A stretch of DNA of 64,000 nt, from positions 81,594,001 through 81,658,000 of the forward strand of contig NC_086097.1 in NCBI RefSeq assembly GCF_963921235.1, written 5' to 3'. How positions within the stretch are numbered: the stretch's first letter is position 1; each line of letters opens with the position of its first letter. Positions 24,943-37,935 of this stretch are shown in pieces. A model generated the notes under the pieces. That model was not told the DNA's origin, did not search any database, and saw only the letters and a list, made by a program, of their open reading frames with translations. The position numbers and the translations under genes were made by a program. This DNA comes from Mobula hypostoma. Taxonomy: Eukaryota.

Positions 24943-25154
24943 AGCAATCTGACAAGAAGTCCTTTTGGGGGAAGGGAAAAGATACAAATTTAAATATTTC
25001 AAGTATAATGGTTTTTAGAGGTATCTCTAAGGCTAACAGCCACACACTAATGTTGAAGGTAGAGTGAATGGAATTTCCTCTCATATTGCTTTGAAAAGGA
25101 AACTCGCAAGATAAGTCAAGCCATGTGGTATCTTGGTTCACTAATCTTCAGCAT

Positions 25155-26215
25155 TCAAAGTTCAAAGTAAAATTGTTATCAGAGTACATATATGTCACCA
25201 TGTACAACCCTGAGATTCATTTTCTTGCAGGCATACTCAATAAAACTAAGAAACACAGTATCGATGAAAGACCACACCCAACAGGACAGACAAACAACTA
25301 ACGTGCAAAGGACAGCAAAATGTGCAAGTACAAAAGAAAATAATTAAGCAATAAATATTGAAAACATGAGATGAAGAGACCTTGAAGGTGAGTCCATAGT
25401 TTGAGGGAACAGTTCAGTGATGGGGCAAGTGGAGATGAGTGAAGTTTTCCCCACTGTTTCAAGAACCTGATGGTCGAGGGGTATAACTGTTCCTGAACCT
25501 GCTGGTGTGAGGCATGAGCCTTCTGCACCTTCATGCTAATGGTAGCAGTGATAAGAGAGCATGATCTGGGTGGTGGGGGTCCTTGATGGTGGATGCTGCT
25601 TTCCTGCAACAACACTCCGTGTACAAACAAGAGAAAATCTGTAGATGCTGGAAATCCAAGCAATACACACAAAATGCTGGAGGAACTCAGCAGGCCAGGC
25701 AGCATCTATAGAAAAGAGTACAGTTGGCATTTCGGCCTGAGACCCTTTAGCAAGACCAGAGAAAAAAAGATGAGGGACAGAGTTACAAGGTGGGGGAGGG
25801 GAGGGAGAATCACAAGGTGATAGGTGAAACTGGAAGGAGGTGGGATGAAGTAAAGAGCTGGGAAGTTGTTTGGTGGAAAAGATACAGGGCTGGAGAAGGG
25901 GGAACGAAATAGGAGAGGATAGAAAGTCAGGGAAGAAAGAAAAGACGGAGGAGCACCAGAAGGAGGCGATGGGCAGACAAAAAGTCAGGTGAGTGGGGGA
26001 AAAGTGGATGGGGAATGGTGAAGGGGGGGACTGTTCTATGTAGATGTGCCCAAAGGTGGGGAGAGCTTTACCCGTGATAGACTGGGCCATATTCACTACT
26101 TTATGTAGGATTTTCCGTTCAAGGGCATTGATTTTCCATACCAAGCTGTAATGCAACCAGTAAATATACTCTCCACCACACAACTATAGAAGTTTGTCAA
26201 CGTTTTAGACGTCAC
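25155..26215 (-). mobile_element. Rex1/Babar-type 3' fragment interrupted by a Penelope 3' fragment (about 25624-26030)
   Basis: Tail ttcaaagttcaaagt. ALERKILHKVVNMAQSITGKALP lies on the far side of the insert. The insert begins caaacaagagaaaatctgtagatgctgg. Confidence 0.8.
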
Positions 26216-26746
26216 ACCACACCACAGCCACATCACACCATGTTGCATCACAACCAGAAAATGCAGGAGAAAAACTCTTCCTACTGGCTCAACTACAACT
26301 GCAGGGCACCATGCTTTGCTTCTAAAGACTGAAAGAATTACATGGTTTTGAGTTGATTCATCTCAAATTACAGCCCTTCTAGAGGATTAGCAGGCAAATT
26401 AAACAAGCAGTGTGAATTGACTGAGTTCAAATCAAGAGTAACATTTTATACTGTGCTTACATAATTTTATTGTGATACAGCAGAACTAATGTAAGTATGA
26501 ATGAGGCAACATTAAAGCTTCCAATAACATGAGGGTGATCTGAACAAATATCTTCCCCTTGTAACAGGCAATGTATTCTCAAAGAGAGATGCTGGTTTCT
26601 CTGCAAGCTTCAGATAAAAATTCGGATAAAAAGCAAAATGAGTATTGAACCAACAAACAGGGTTTAAGCATCGAGAGACAGAAAAGACTTTTCCCCTTTC
26701 TGGCACTAAAAAACAAATCATCTGAATAAAATGATATTTTCTCACC

Positions 26747-27574
26747 TAACAGTAACTCTTCCCCAGGTTTATACTCCTGCCAATAGAGTACAGGAAATTT
26801 GTGATAATCAATTAGCCTACAGACTTGCATGTCTTTAGGAAGGGGGAGGAAACACATGCAGTGGCAAAAAGAACATGCAAACTCCACACAGTTAGCTCTC
26901 AAAGTCAGGAGTGAATCCAGGTCACTAATCTGGCTCTAGTAACTGTGTCATGTGCTGCCCTTCATGTATTGGCAATTCTGCAAATGCCCATAAGTTAGAC
27001 AGCCTCTGCAAAGAGAAATTTTGTAAATATTTCTGATCAGTAATCTTTCATTAGAACTGACAAACTGTTAACAGTTTCCCTCATGCTGTAGACACTCCCT
27101 GTACTGCTGATTATTTCCAAAAATTCTTCTTTTAAAACACAGAGTTATGGTACTTGCAATTAACAGTAACTCTTCCCCAGGTTTATACTCCTGCCAATAG
27201 AGTACAGGAAATTTGTGATAATCAATTAGCCTACAGACTTGCATGTCTTTAGGAAGGGGGAGGAAACACATGCAGTGGCAAAAAGAACATGCAAACTCCA
27301 CACAGTTAGCTCTCAAAGTCAGGAGTGAATCCAGGTCACTAATCTGGCTCTAGTAACTGTGTCATGTGCTGCCCTTCATGTATTGGCAATTCTGCAAATG
27401 CCCATAAGTTAGACAGCCTCTGCAAAGAGAAATTTTGTAAATATTTCTGATCAGTAATCTTTCATTAGAACTGACAACCTGTTAACAGTTTCCCTCATGC
27501 TGTAGACACTCCCTGTACTGCTGATTATTTCCAAAAATTCTTCTTTTAAAACACAGAGTTATGGTACTTGCAAT
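26747..27574. repeat. Head-to-tail tandem duplication, 2 x 414 bp
   Basis: Units 26747-27160 and 27161-27574. I see one difference (gacaaactg versus gacaacctg). Confidence 0.97.
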
Positions 27575-29460
27575 TTGTAAGCTTTTTGACAAATGTTCTG
27601 CTGTGGTGGTCTGTAGCTGCACTAGAGATGGTTTCAGTCCCATCTTCTCTTTAAACATGATAATGCCACATCCGACTAAATTGCACTCCATTTTTAGCCC
27701 CATCTCCAAATGAGATGATGGCTGAAGAATTTGGGAGCTATGTGCCCTATCTCCACAGCCTAGCTTAGCCATCCAATGCAAAATTTACTTCACACCGCCT
27801 GACCCTTAACCTAAAGGAAGGAGCACCACAGTCTGCTGGACGAACTCCCACCAGATTGTATGTTGCTCCAGATTCCAGCATCCGCAGTCTCATGTCTCCA
27901 ACCTGATTGCACTGCACAAAAACTAATAAATATGCTGGATTATTAAATCAAAAGACGATTTACAATCCTGAAGTGTACACTGGAAGGCAGCCAATGGAAA
28001 TCGGCAGTGCAGCAAATCACAAATCCTGCCAACAGTCCAATACCTTCCACAGCCATCAAACACACCACCAGCATAAAAAGTAAATCCTAACCTGGGTTTG
28101 CTGCAGCATCACACACAGCTGCTGTACTCAAGTGGCTGCATAGGACAGAAGGCTTTAAGTCACCAGTAATATACTTATCATGTATTTCCCTGAAGACAGT
28201 GGCATCGAACATGTTTGTTGTTTCATGCCCATTCGCGCCATTAATGAACCAGTAACATTATAGTTCCCACCTTGACTAGTTAGTGTAAACATAGCTTTCA
28301 TAGGATTTCTAAGAAATTAATTTAATTCTCAGTTTCCTGGCTCCGTCACTGGCTTATGTTGGAAGACAGAAGAATCTTTCTAACCTTAACAAGAACATTT
28401 ACTTACATAATTATGATTAAAAAGGCTTTCAGAGTGCCAATAGATAATTATTACTGCTCCTTTTTGGCTTTCATGGTTTATTACTATGTTATTCATTAAT
28501 CTCAAGCCAGTTTACAGATGTCTAAGATGTGTTCCTAGAGAATGACCCACTCATTAAATCCACATCTCAAATCAAGGAGAAATGCTTGGCATGATTAAAA
28601 CAGAATGCAATGGATGAGTTAGGTGGTCTGCAGCAGTCTCGAAAGATGCCAGCTAATTCCTTGTGTGTGCAAGGCCTCAGGTGATGCTGAAGTGGAAGTA
28701 GTACAGAAGTTCAACATTCATCAGCTGGGGCCAGTACTTTGCAGGAAATACTGGCAATTCCGCATGTCATTGGCAGCATTTCTACAAATAATGTGCTGCT
28801 GCAAAAATAGCTTCTTTGCATGGCATTTATAGCCAGCCCATGACAATAAATTTAAACTTGGATGTAATTGGAAGACTTTCACCATGTAAAAGATTACCAA
28901 CGTGTGTTCAAACAGAGTTTTCAAGCCCGCTCATATCTACCCATTGGCATTTGCCTGGCCATGTGCCGATGATCATAAAAATGCAAAGCTGTGCACAAAT
29001 TTCTAATACTGATTGAATATCTGCTCAAACCATCAGGACTAGGTGGCACCTGATGCAGTAAGTTCCTCTACATCACTCGCAGTGAAGGAGGGCAAGTGGG
29101 AAAGGAGGGAGAGGAAGCCAAGCTGGTATGTAGTGATAGAGCTGGGAAAGAGAAGGAGAAAGAGAGTATCAGGTGATGAGGGAGGAGAAAAAAAGGGAGT
29201 GGGGAAGTGATGGATTTGGGGTCAGTTGGGCCAGGGCAGTAGGTGCAGACAAAACTAAATATACATGGATGTCTGCAAGCAAGTGTTTGTGTATACATGT
29301 ACACATTAGGTCCACATACTACTGGATCCAGGTCTCATTCTTTCAAGTTTTCTGTTTTGTGGGCACCCCATATTAAAAGAAATTACACACAATTTTCACC
29401 CTTCAGCTGTTTTTGTGGGTGGAGCTAGTTTTGCCCCACCCACTTGATCCAATACATCTA

Positions 29461-29672
29461 CAAACACGAGAAAATCTGCAGATGCTGGAAATCCAAAACA
29501 ACACACAAAATGCTGGAGGAACTCAACAGGCCAGGCAGTATCTACGGAAAAAAGTAAACCCTCGAAATTTCAGTCCTGATGAAAGGTCTAGGCCCAAACC
29601 CTTGACTGCTTATTCTTTTCCATAGATTCTGCCTGTCCTGCTGAGTTCTTCCGGCATTTTGTGTGTGTTGCT
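29461..29672. mobile_element. Inverted pair of Penelope terminal fragments around a degenerate hammerhead motif
   Basis: aacacacaaaatgctggaggaactca...tctacggaaaa pairs with ttttccatagatt...ctgagttcttccggcattttgtgtgtgttg. The spacer holds cagtc-ctgatga-aaggtctaggccc-aaa. Confidence 0.85.
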
Positions 29673-30494
29673 GTGATCCAATACATGTTCAAAGATAACA
29701 CACATAAAAATATTGTGGGCACATGACATACAGTGCCACCTTTCAATCCTTTAAACTCCACCCATAATAAAAAGATAATAATGATTAGCTTTACCGCCAA
29801 AAGAAGCATCAAATGATTTTCTACAACCCATGAGCACTGAGATGTTTTCACAGGAAATGTCCCACATTGGCTTGGTGCCTGCTAGAGTTGTGGAAAAACA
29901 TGACATTGGATGATAGGTTTTGAAATCCTTACAGACCTGGTGCACAATGTTAGCAGTTGGATAGTAAGTGGTTGGGTCAGTTAGCATCGGCTTTGCTCTT
30001 CTTATAGTTTTTTCTTCTGCCGTTTAGGAGTGAACACTGGATATTCAGCAATAACTGAATACTGTACTTATACTTAAATACTGTACGTAGCTTAGCATCT
30101 CTTTTTTGAAACATACATACTTATTATATTACTAAAACTCTGTTTTTGTTGAAGTTTAACAGTGAGATTTTTATATTGTGTTCATATATAATATCAGAAT
30201 GTCAGACACACCAGCAAAGAAACAAAAATATTCAAATGATGCCAGTCGGGGCAGAGGTTTTCAAGAGTGATGAGGTGAAAGATTTGGCATGATTAAAAAG
30301 GATGATAAAGCGTGATGCACTTCATGCTCCAAAAGTGGTGTGCAGGACTTCCTGCGCAAAGCAGCATTATGAAACTATTCATAAATGGCCTTGCACTAAA
30401 AGAAGGTAAGAACAAAAAAAAATTTCTCAAGAAATCAACAACAAAAAAAATCATGAAATATTTTAATGACATTTATTTTGGATAGCTCCAAAAT

Positions 30495-31450
30495 CAGACA
30501 TTCCACCTCTTCTGGAACTTCCAGGAGTCTCCCGCATATTAATAGTGGCTCCCTGATGCCCGCAAATTATATACAATATCACAGAAATCAATTTTTTTGA
30601 GAGCGAGCGAAAGAAAAGCAAGAGAGTGCAAGAGCGATCACGAGAGAGAGCACACGAGAGAGAAAGCAAGCGAAAGCGAAGGTGAGAGAGGGAGAGAGAG
30701 CGAGTGAGAGAGAAACCAAGCGAGAGCGCACGAGAGCGCGCAAGCGACCACGAGAGAGAGAGAGCGCGAGCGAGAGAGGGAGAGAGAGCGAGTGAGAGAG
30801 AAAGCAAGCAAGAGCGCGCGAGCGAGAGAGGGAGAGAGCGCGAGCGAGAGAGGGAGAGAGAGCGAGTGAGAGAGAAACCAAGCAACAGCGCGCAAGTGAG
30901 AGCGAAACCAAGCAAGAGCGCGCGAGCAAGAGAGGGAGAGAGAGTGAGTGAGAGAGAAAGCAAGCGAGAGCGCGCGAGCGACCACGAGAGAGAGAGAGCG
31001 CGAGCGAGAGAGGGAGTGAGAGCGAAACCAAGCAAGAGCGCTCGAGCGAGCGAGCGAGAAAGCAAGCGCGAGCGACCATGAGAGAGAGAAGGAGAGCGAG
31101 CGAGAGCGCGCCATGGCAGAGTGTTCCAAAAAAAAATAAAACGTACGTCACCCCAGACTACACTAAGGTGTACCCCTGCATAATAGGGGTCAAAATAATG
31201 ACAGTGTTGCTCGCTGCACTGTTTGCAACAGTGACTGTTCTATTGCCCATGGTGGGTTAAGACTGTAAAAGACATGTTGAGGTGAGTTTAACAGGTGTCA
31301 TTCGTTCATTAGCGTAGCTAACGTTATTTAAACTAGCTGGTCGGCTGCTAAGGAGCTACTCTATTGCAGACATCTCACCTCTCCCAGAAGTCTCCCGCAA
31401 ATTGATGGTGCTACCTCCCTGAAATGAGTTTTTGCAGGGTGGGATGTCTG
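30495..31450 (+). mobile_element. Nested non-autonomous DNA transposon with 6-bp TSD, carrying a zinc-finger transposase first-exon remnant
   Basis: TIRs cagacattccacc and ggtgggatgtctg. caaaat flanks both sides (30489-30494, 31451-31456). gccATGgcag at about 31113, then ARCTVCNSDCSIAHGG...CKRHVE and gag|gtgagt. Confidence 0.9.
30599..31111. repeat. GA/CG-rich low-complexity tandem array
   Basis: Recurring units such as gagcgcgagcgagagagggagagagagcgagtgagagagaaa(g/c)caagc. Confidence 0.95.
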
Positions 31451-31685
31451 CAAAATAGTAACTGCTAGTTTTAAAGTTTAAAAGATTATTGCAAAACATG
31501 GAAAACCATTCTGTGAAATGGCATATGTCAAAGAATCATGGCTAAAGAATCATCCTTTCCTTTTTAATTGTTAATCCAGATCTAAAAAATCAACACATTA
31601 AGGACTGGCCAGTTAGCAGAAACACAGTTATAGATAGAATATTAATGATGGGAACAAATATTTCAGAACAACCAATTCTGATTTG

Positions 31686-32216
31686 CTGGAGAATGGACGT
31701 GAAAGCACAGAGGAACATCTGGAGAAATTTCTGAAACGCCCGTTCACTGCTGTCGTTACTGTGTGGTCGGGAACTTTCAGAGGGTAGGCCTCATATTCTC
31801 CGGCCTTGTCTGCTTTTGGCGACCGAGAAGGAGGTCGAATTGTTCGGACAGAGATGGCGCTCAGTACTCGGTGTCGGAGAGCTGATCAGAGCTCAAAGCT
31901 TTTGGATGACTCAGAGTCGGATTGTGGTCAGCATGGCAGGGAGATTTTTTTCTTCCTTCTCCTGTCTGTGTGAGATGTGGGGCATCTGAGAAACTTTGAA
32001 CTTTACTGTGCTCACGGACTTCTTCATCAAGTTATGGTATTGTTACACTGTTTGTAACTATATGTTATAATTATGTGGTTTTGTCAGTTTTTTCAGTCTT
32101 GGTTTATCCTGTGTTTTGTGATATCACACTGGAGGAAATAATGTATCATTTCTTAATGCATGCATTACTAAATGACAATAAAAGAGAACTACGTGTCTTC
32201 ATAATCATAAAAAAAA
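31686..32216 (+). mobile_element. Non-coding repeat family A, copy 2, inserted in a hAT transposase
   Basis: Homologous to 4990-5525. Ends cataatcataaaaaaaa. Host transposase resumes immediately after. Confidence 0.85.
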
Positions 32217-32924
32217 GAAGTTACTAATTCGTATAAATTTCATCCCATTTGTCTCGATGAAAGCACTGATGTTAGATCTTCAGCTGGGTCAGTCATTATT
32301 GCTTGATTTTGTAGGGGTGATGAAATATGCAAAGAATTGACTAACTTGCTAACATTACCTGAACAAACCACTGGGGTTAAAATATGTAAGTTAGTAGTAA
32401 AAGAATTGTCTGATCGACAAGTTAAGCTTTCAAGATTAGCTTGCGACAACTAATGGTGCAGCAAGCATGACTGGTAACGAGGAATCTGCAAAATATGTTG
32501 GACATCCATTGATAACCTTTCATTGTCTCGTACACGACGGGCCCTTGTGTGCAAAAGCTGGCCTTAAGAAGTTTGAAAAAGTGAAGAAAATTGTAACCAA
32601 GGTAACTAATTTTATTTCTGGGTGTGTTTAGGGGGGGAAAAAGGACAATTTCAGAATTTACTGAGCTAAGTGGATTTAGTGTACACAGGAGTACACATGT
32701 ACAATGTTCATGGACTTAGTAGAAAGCCTATGGAGTGTTTGATGAAATTTGTCTGTTTTTGACAGATGTAAAGTTTTCTTGTCAAGAATTATATATCATT
32801 GTGATGTTTTGTAGATTGATGTTCTTTTTGCAGGTTTCTCCCTACATTTAAATGACTTGAACACCAAGTTACAAGGATCTGGCAAAACCCCTGATGTCAT
32901 TTTGACTTTGAAATCAAACTCTAA

Positions 32925-33170
32925 GCATTGCCTATGAGCTCATTTTCAAGGACTATCACTCATATTTTCAATATTTATTGCTTCTTTCTTTTTTCTGTAT
33001 TTACAGTTTGTCACCTTTTACACATTTTACTCATCTGTCTCTGTGCAACTATTCATTGATTCTATTGTTTATTTGTATTAACTGTGAATGCCTGTAAGAA
33101 AATGAATCTCAGGGTAGTATATGGTGATATATATGTTCTTTGATAATAAAATTTTATTTTGAACTTTAAA
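32925..33170 (+). mobile_element. Rex1/Babar-type 3' UTR inserted in a hAT
   Basis: aagaaaatgaatctcagggtagtatatggtgatatatatg...ttttgaacttt matches the reverse complement of 25155-25235. Confidence 0.8.
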
Positions 33171-34499
33171 GTTCAGGCCGTTTGAAGAAACTGTAAAGTT
33201 TACTAAGTATGCGGTCAGTGTAACTAAAACCGAATTTGGAAATGTTGCAGTAGATTGATTTGGGTAATTTTGAGATACAATTGATTGATTTACAAAGCAG
33301 CTCAATTTGGAGGCCAAATGTTGTCAACTTTACAGCTGAACTAGAAAATGCTGAAGGAGATTGGTTACTGGATCAAAACATAAAAATTTAGACAATGAGT
33401 TCCTGAAACTCTGGAATTCCAATTCAGAATCTCCTAACTGGAAGAAGCTTGCAATGGTATTAGTAACAGTACTTTCATCGACGTATTCACGCAAGTCATT
33501 GCTTTCAGTGATGAACTTAGTCAAGTCTAACTATAGGAATAGGCTTACAGATGAAACTAGTGTCATGTGCATGGCTCGCAAAGCAACCAAATGCAAATCA
33601 GATATTAAATATTTGTCACCTTAGCACAGTAACATATTTCAATGAAAGTTAAATGTGCTTATTTTCCTTTATCTTCTATGAATATGCATCAAAGCTTATA
33701 ATCTCACATTTCTTGCGTCATAGATGAACAACAATAACAAAATCACTGGAAATGTTAATTATCAATTGTCCTTTTAAAATATTAATATTAGCAATTTTTG
33801 AACAGGTTTTCTAAAATGCTTCATTTATTACAATTTGTCCCTGTTATACTTTTATCACATGGATCCGTTGCTTTACTATTAAATAAGCAATAGAACTCAT
33901 AATTTTTCCTTGAACCAAAAGGCCCTAATTATTGTTACTAGTTCATCAATCAATGATAAGTTCTGTTCAAAATTACCATGGTATGTGAGAGAATTTTTTT
34001 TTAAAGAAGATTATTACCAGATTGGGCTCACACTCTCAAAAGGATTTGGCAGCCCTGCTCTAAAACCAGATTTCCTACCACTGTCTCCAAGGCATTTGTA
34101 TGTTCTCTCCTTGAGCATGTGGGTTCCCCTGAGTGCTCTGGTTCCCTCACACATTCCAAGATGTATGGGTAGGTTCATTGGTCACACGGAAATAATTGGG
34201 TCCGGAAAGGCAAGCTACCGTCCTGAATCTCTAAATATATTAATAAATACTTAGTGGATGTTCAGGCTGAGAAATAGACTAGTTTCTCCCAGAAAACTCG
34301 AGGAGGTCAAATTCATTCTTTTTTTCATCAGTCAGCAGCAAATGTGGATGTGGTCAGTCATGATTTAAAATCTGGCCCTGAATATTTTACATGGTAATAT
34401 AATATTTTACAAGTAAACTTGACCAGGCCAACACCAACCTTCATAAGGACTATTGAAGTTTTATACATTGAAGCAAACAGCGATGATTTTACACCTCAA

Positions 34500-34985
34500 T
34501 GATGTATTGTAGATGGTGGAAACGCTGAGAAGTTGGTGGTGACTAACTTATTGCAGAATGCCTGCGCTTTTGTAACAACAATGTGGAGATGAACGATGTG
34601 CTTAAGCTACTGAATGTTGACATTGGTGGCTTCAGTAATGGTAACACCATGAATGTTAAAGTCACAAAATTTTCTCTTGGTCAAGCTGTCCACTCATTGG
34701 CACTTGTGTAGTATTAACATAACATACCATTTAACACACCACTTCCTAGCATTGTCCAGATCTCAATGAACGCAGAGACGGATTACTTTGTTTTCTCACC
34801 TGTTGCAAACTGTAACCAAACACTCTGACTCCTAAACTTTTTAATGTAAAGATGTCTAGGAAGTGATTAGAAATAATTTGACCAAATACATTTTACTGAG
34901 GAACTGCTGGATGAATATCCTGAGGTTGAGATAATTGGTCTCCAACGATCACAATTCTCCTAATTTGTTCTAGGTATGAGTTCAG
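34500..34985 (-). mobile_element. Old CR1/L2-superclade LINE fragment
   Basis: Shares sequence with 40430-40560 (cagtaatg.ta...) and 41500-41530. A plus-strand relative lies at about 57480-57730. Confidence 0.5.
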
Positions 34986-36619
34986 CCTGTGGGACAATTT
35001 AAGTTCCCACTAACATAAATTTCAGATGTTACCACAAGTTCCAGCCAACATTCAACCTTAAGCTCTTTAGAGCCAAGTGATATTTGTGCCACACTCTGCT
35101 TGTAACATTTTCCAGAGGCAAGTGCCACAGAGCACATATTAATACAAATCTCTACTAAAAGCAGACATTTTTTAAAAATTGATAGGCGCAGATTGAAAAA
35201 GGTTTGATCTGTTATCTCCAAAGCAATCAACAGTCAATAGCTTCACCATTACATCAATGCAAAGTACAGGCAATTGTTTGATTTTTATGTAGTAACATCA
35301 CTGGATATAATCAGGTTAAAAAAAAACAAACATTTCATTTTTTTATTTTGTATTTTCTAATCTTTTTTAAAGCTTGTTATTAATGGAATGGCTTGCAGTG
35401 AGCTCAGAAATGAAACCCACATCTACTTTAATTAGATGAATGAAATAAGCACAACTGCTATCATTTCCTGTATTACTGTCTTTTGTAAATTACAAATATT
35501 CAGCCGAGCAAACCAATGGCATTCTAATACAGCTAGGAGAATGATAAAATGTTTCCCACAGCAAGTTAGACATTGGAGTTAATTTTAAACATTTCTTGGT
35601 TTTCCTTCATAAATTGGACTATGTTCTTCAAATAAGCATAGTATGCATGTCAGAACTGGAAGTATGTACTAAGTGCCTTCATTTAAAAAGCCTTCCATCA
35701 TCCTTAAAGGGCTTTGGACTGTTTTGAGGTTGTGATGGGTGCTATACGAATATAAGACTCTTTTCAGTTGAAGTGGCAATGTTAAAACTGTATCAAACAA
35801 ATTTGTTCAATTTGTGGAGTGGATCACAACAACCACATACGGCCCATAACAAAGTTTAGTTAGTCGCAAATTTAAAAAGCTTTGAGTGTCAACTTTGAGT
35901 GAAAACCTTAACAGTCTATTTGGGAAATAGAGCATGTTTTCTGTCAGACTCAACAAGGACATGGATCAGAGTAATGTGTGCTTCAAGAGACTTGCAAGTA
36001 GGTGGGCTTAATGATCCAGAACTTCATTTAACAGGTTCCCAGCTCCATAACCCAGCACAGATTGTTATTAAAAACAGCTCATGGCATAAACTCGGAACTG
36101 TTAACTTTTAATGAGTCAAATGACTATTCTAACAGGCATCCTGAAAACTAGAAGCATGGAAAGAAGAGCGAGAGGCAAACTGAACATCTGTTAATTGAAT
36201 ATGAGAGTGAAGTTGGTAGAATTAACAAAACTTTAGCAGTCAATGAAATCACCAAACTATTCAATGCTCCATTAAGCATAAAACTAATTTTGCCCAGAAA
36301 ATAACAACTAAAGGCTCAGCCCAGAAATGTATAAACTACAAACAGAAAACTGGTTTGGGCGAAGTTTTTTTTTAAAGTTTTTTTATTTTGAGATTTAGCA
36401 CAGTAACTTGCCCTTTCTGGCCCATTGAGCCCCTGCCACCCAATTACACCATGTGACCAATTAACCTACTAACCCACAAGCCTTTGGAAAGTAGAAGGAA
36501 AATGGAGCAAAAGGAAGAAACCCACGCAGTCACAGGAAGAAAGTAGAAACTCCTTACAGACTGGGGTAGAGTTACAGCTGGTGTTGTAATAACATTATTA
36601 CATTACACTACTATGCTGC

Positions 36620-37620
36620 CCGTGGGCAGGAAGAAAAGAAACTATGGAAAAGAGTATGAGATTGAGCAGGAGTAGGAAAGGTTGTTGCAAAAATCCCACT
36701 GTTAGGCAAAACAAGGAGGACCTGAGCTTTTTGGGTGTTTGAATTCAGAGGAGCTGGAGAAGCAAAGGTCGACAAGTAGAACATTAAAAAGGACTGGATT
36801 CTCATAATAAGAACAGTAGTGGTAAAGGATTTAATGATGAGTGAGCAGGGTGTGATAGAGGCTGGAGCAAGCTGTGTAAGAGAGCTGGATGTCAAAGCCC
36901 TGGTGACAGATGGGATTGAAGGAGGTGTACCTACAAGGCTCAATTGACACGCTCCCTTGATGTGGAACTTTTGGCGGTTAGGAACTCAGAGAAGATTTCC
37001 AGGCAAATTCATAAAAACTATGCACCACCCAAGCTCCAGTACTGAACACAATCTAACTTAACACCCTGAAAGAGCTCAAAATAAGCTGCAGGACAAGCTT
37101 TCAGTCGTAACACCCCTGCCAGCAGCCTATAGTTGTAATCAATGTCTTCAATGAGCCCTCAAGACAGTAGTTAAATTGGGAGCAGGGAAACTTAACAAGG
37201 TTAGACGAGGGATGCTGTCATCAGTAAAGAATAATGCAAATGATGAATAAATGGGAGCCAAGGAGAAATCCTGAGGGGCTCCTTCAGGTGATGCATATAG
37301 AACTGCAGGAAATGCTGGCTGTTTATAGCATTGCTTATGTTAGAAGGCTCTAAAGCTAAGAGGTGATGATAGATAATTATTATTAAGCAGATCCATAAAA
37401 CTTGTGCCAACCAGAAGAGTAGGATTCTTCACTTCAAAACAGACACAAATGCCTCACAACAGCAATGTGCACTAACTGGTGTCTTTCCATTGGCTGAATC
37501 ACCATTACACTGTTTGGTTGGAGTGGAAGAAGAGGAGGGAAGACAAAAGGCTGATAGTCAGAGATTCAATGGATCGACTAGGAGTGGAATGGGGAGGGGT
37601 GTGGAAATGAAGGATAGAAA
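36620..37620 (-). mobile_element. Old L2-like LINE RT fragment
   Basis: Reverse complement of 37240-37283 (ggagcccctcaggatttctccttggctcccatttattc) resembles the G-x-PQGS-x-LGP-x-LF motif. Purine-rich plus strand. Confidence 0.5.
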
Positions 37621-37634
37621 GCAAGTAATGCGAT

Positions 37635-37935
37635 TTTAAGTAAAGTTGCTTTTATTGTCATTTCAACCATAACTGCTGGTACAGTACACAGTAAAAATGA
37701 AACAGTGATCCTCCAGGACCCTGGTGCTACATGAATCAACACAAAACTACACTAGACTACGTGAAACAACACAAGACTACATTAGACTTCAGGCCTACAC
37801 GGGACTACATAAAGTGCACAAAACAGTGCAAAACACTACAATAATTAATAAACAAGATAATAGGCACAGTAAAGGACAAATTACAATATAATAAATGATG
37901 TAAATGTAAATGTAAACAATGTAAATAACATTTTA
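37635..37935 (-). mobile_element. LINE 3' UTR, probably Rex1/Babar-type
   Basis: Minus strand ends ctggaggatcactgtttcatt...gaaatgacaataaaagcaactttactt. No adjoining coding sequence to confirm the clade. Confidence 0.55.

Larger units (their letters stand above)
30199..34057 (+). mobile_element. hAT-Charlie (GTF2IRD2-like) transposon with three nested insertions
   Basis: MSDTPAKKQK, IIAKHGKPF, ICLDESTDV, FHCLVH, LSSTYSRKSLLSVMNLVKSNYRNRLTDE. Right TIR tttggcagccctg ends at 34057. Left TIR not located. Confidence 0.85.

Noticed and set aside
26741..26790. Apparent minus-strand micro-exon (cag|EYKPGEELLL|gtgag)
   Set aside because: Lies in the tail of an HE1-like SINE, has a weak acceptor, and has no partner exons.
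30463..31151. Four overlapping long ORFs (125-200 aa, Leu/Ser/Arg or Glu/Arg rich)
   Set aside because: Artefacts of the stop-free GA/CG low-complexity array.
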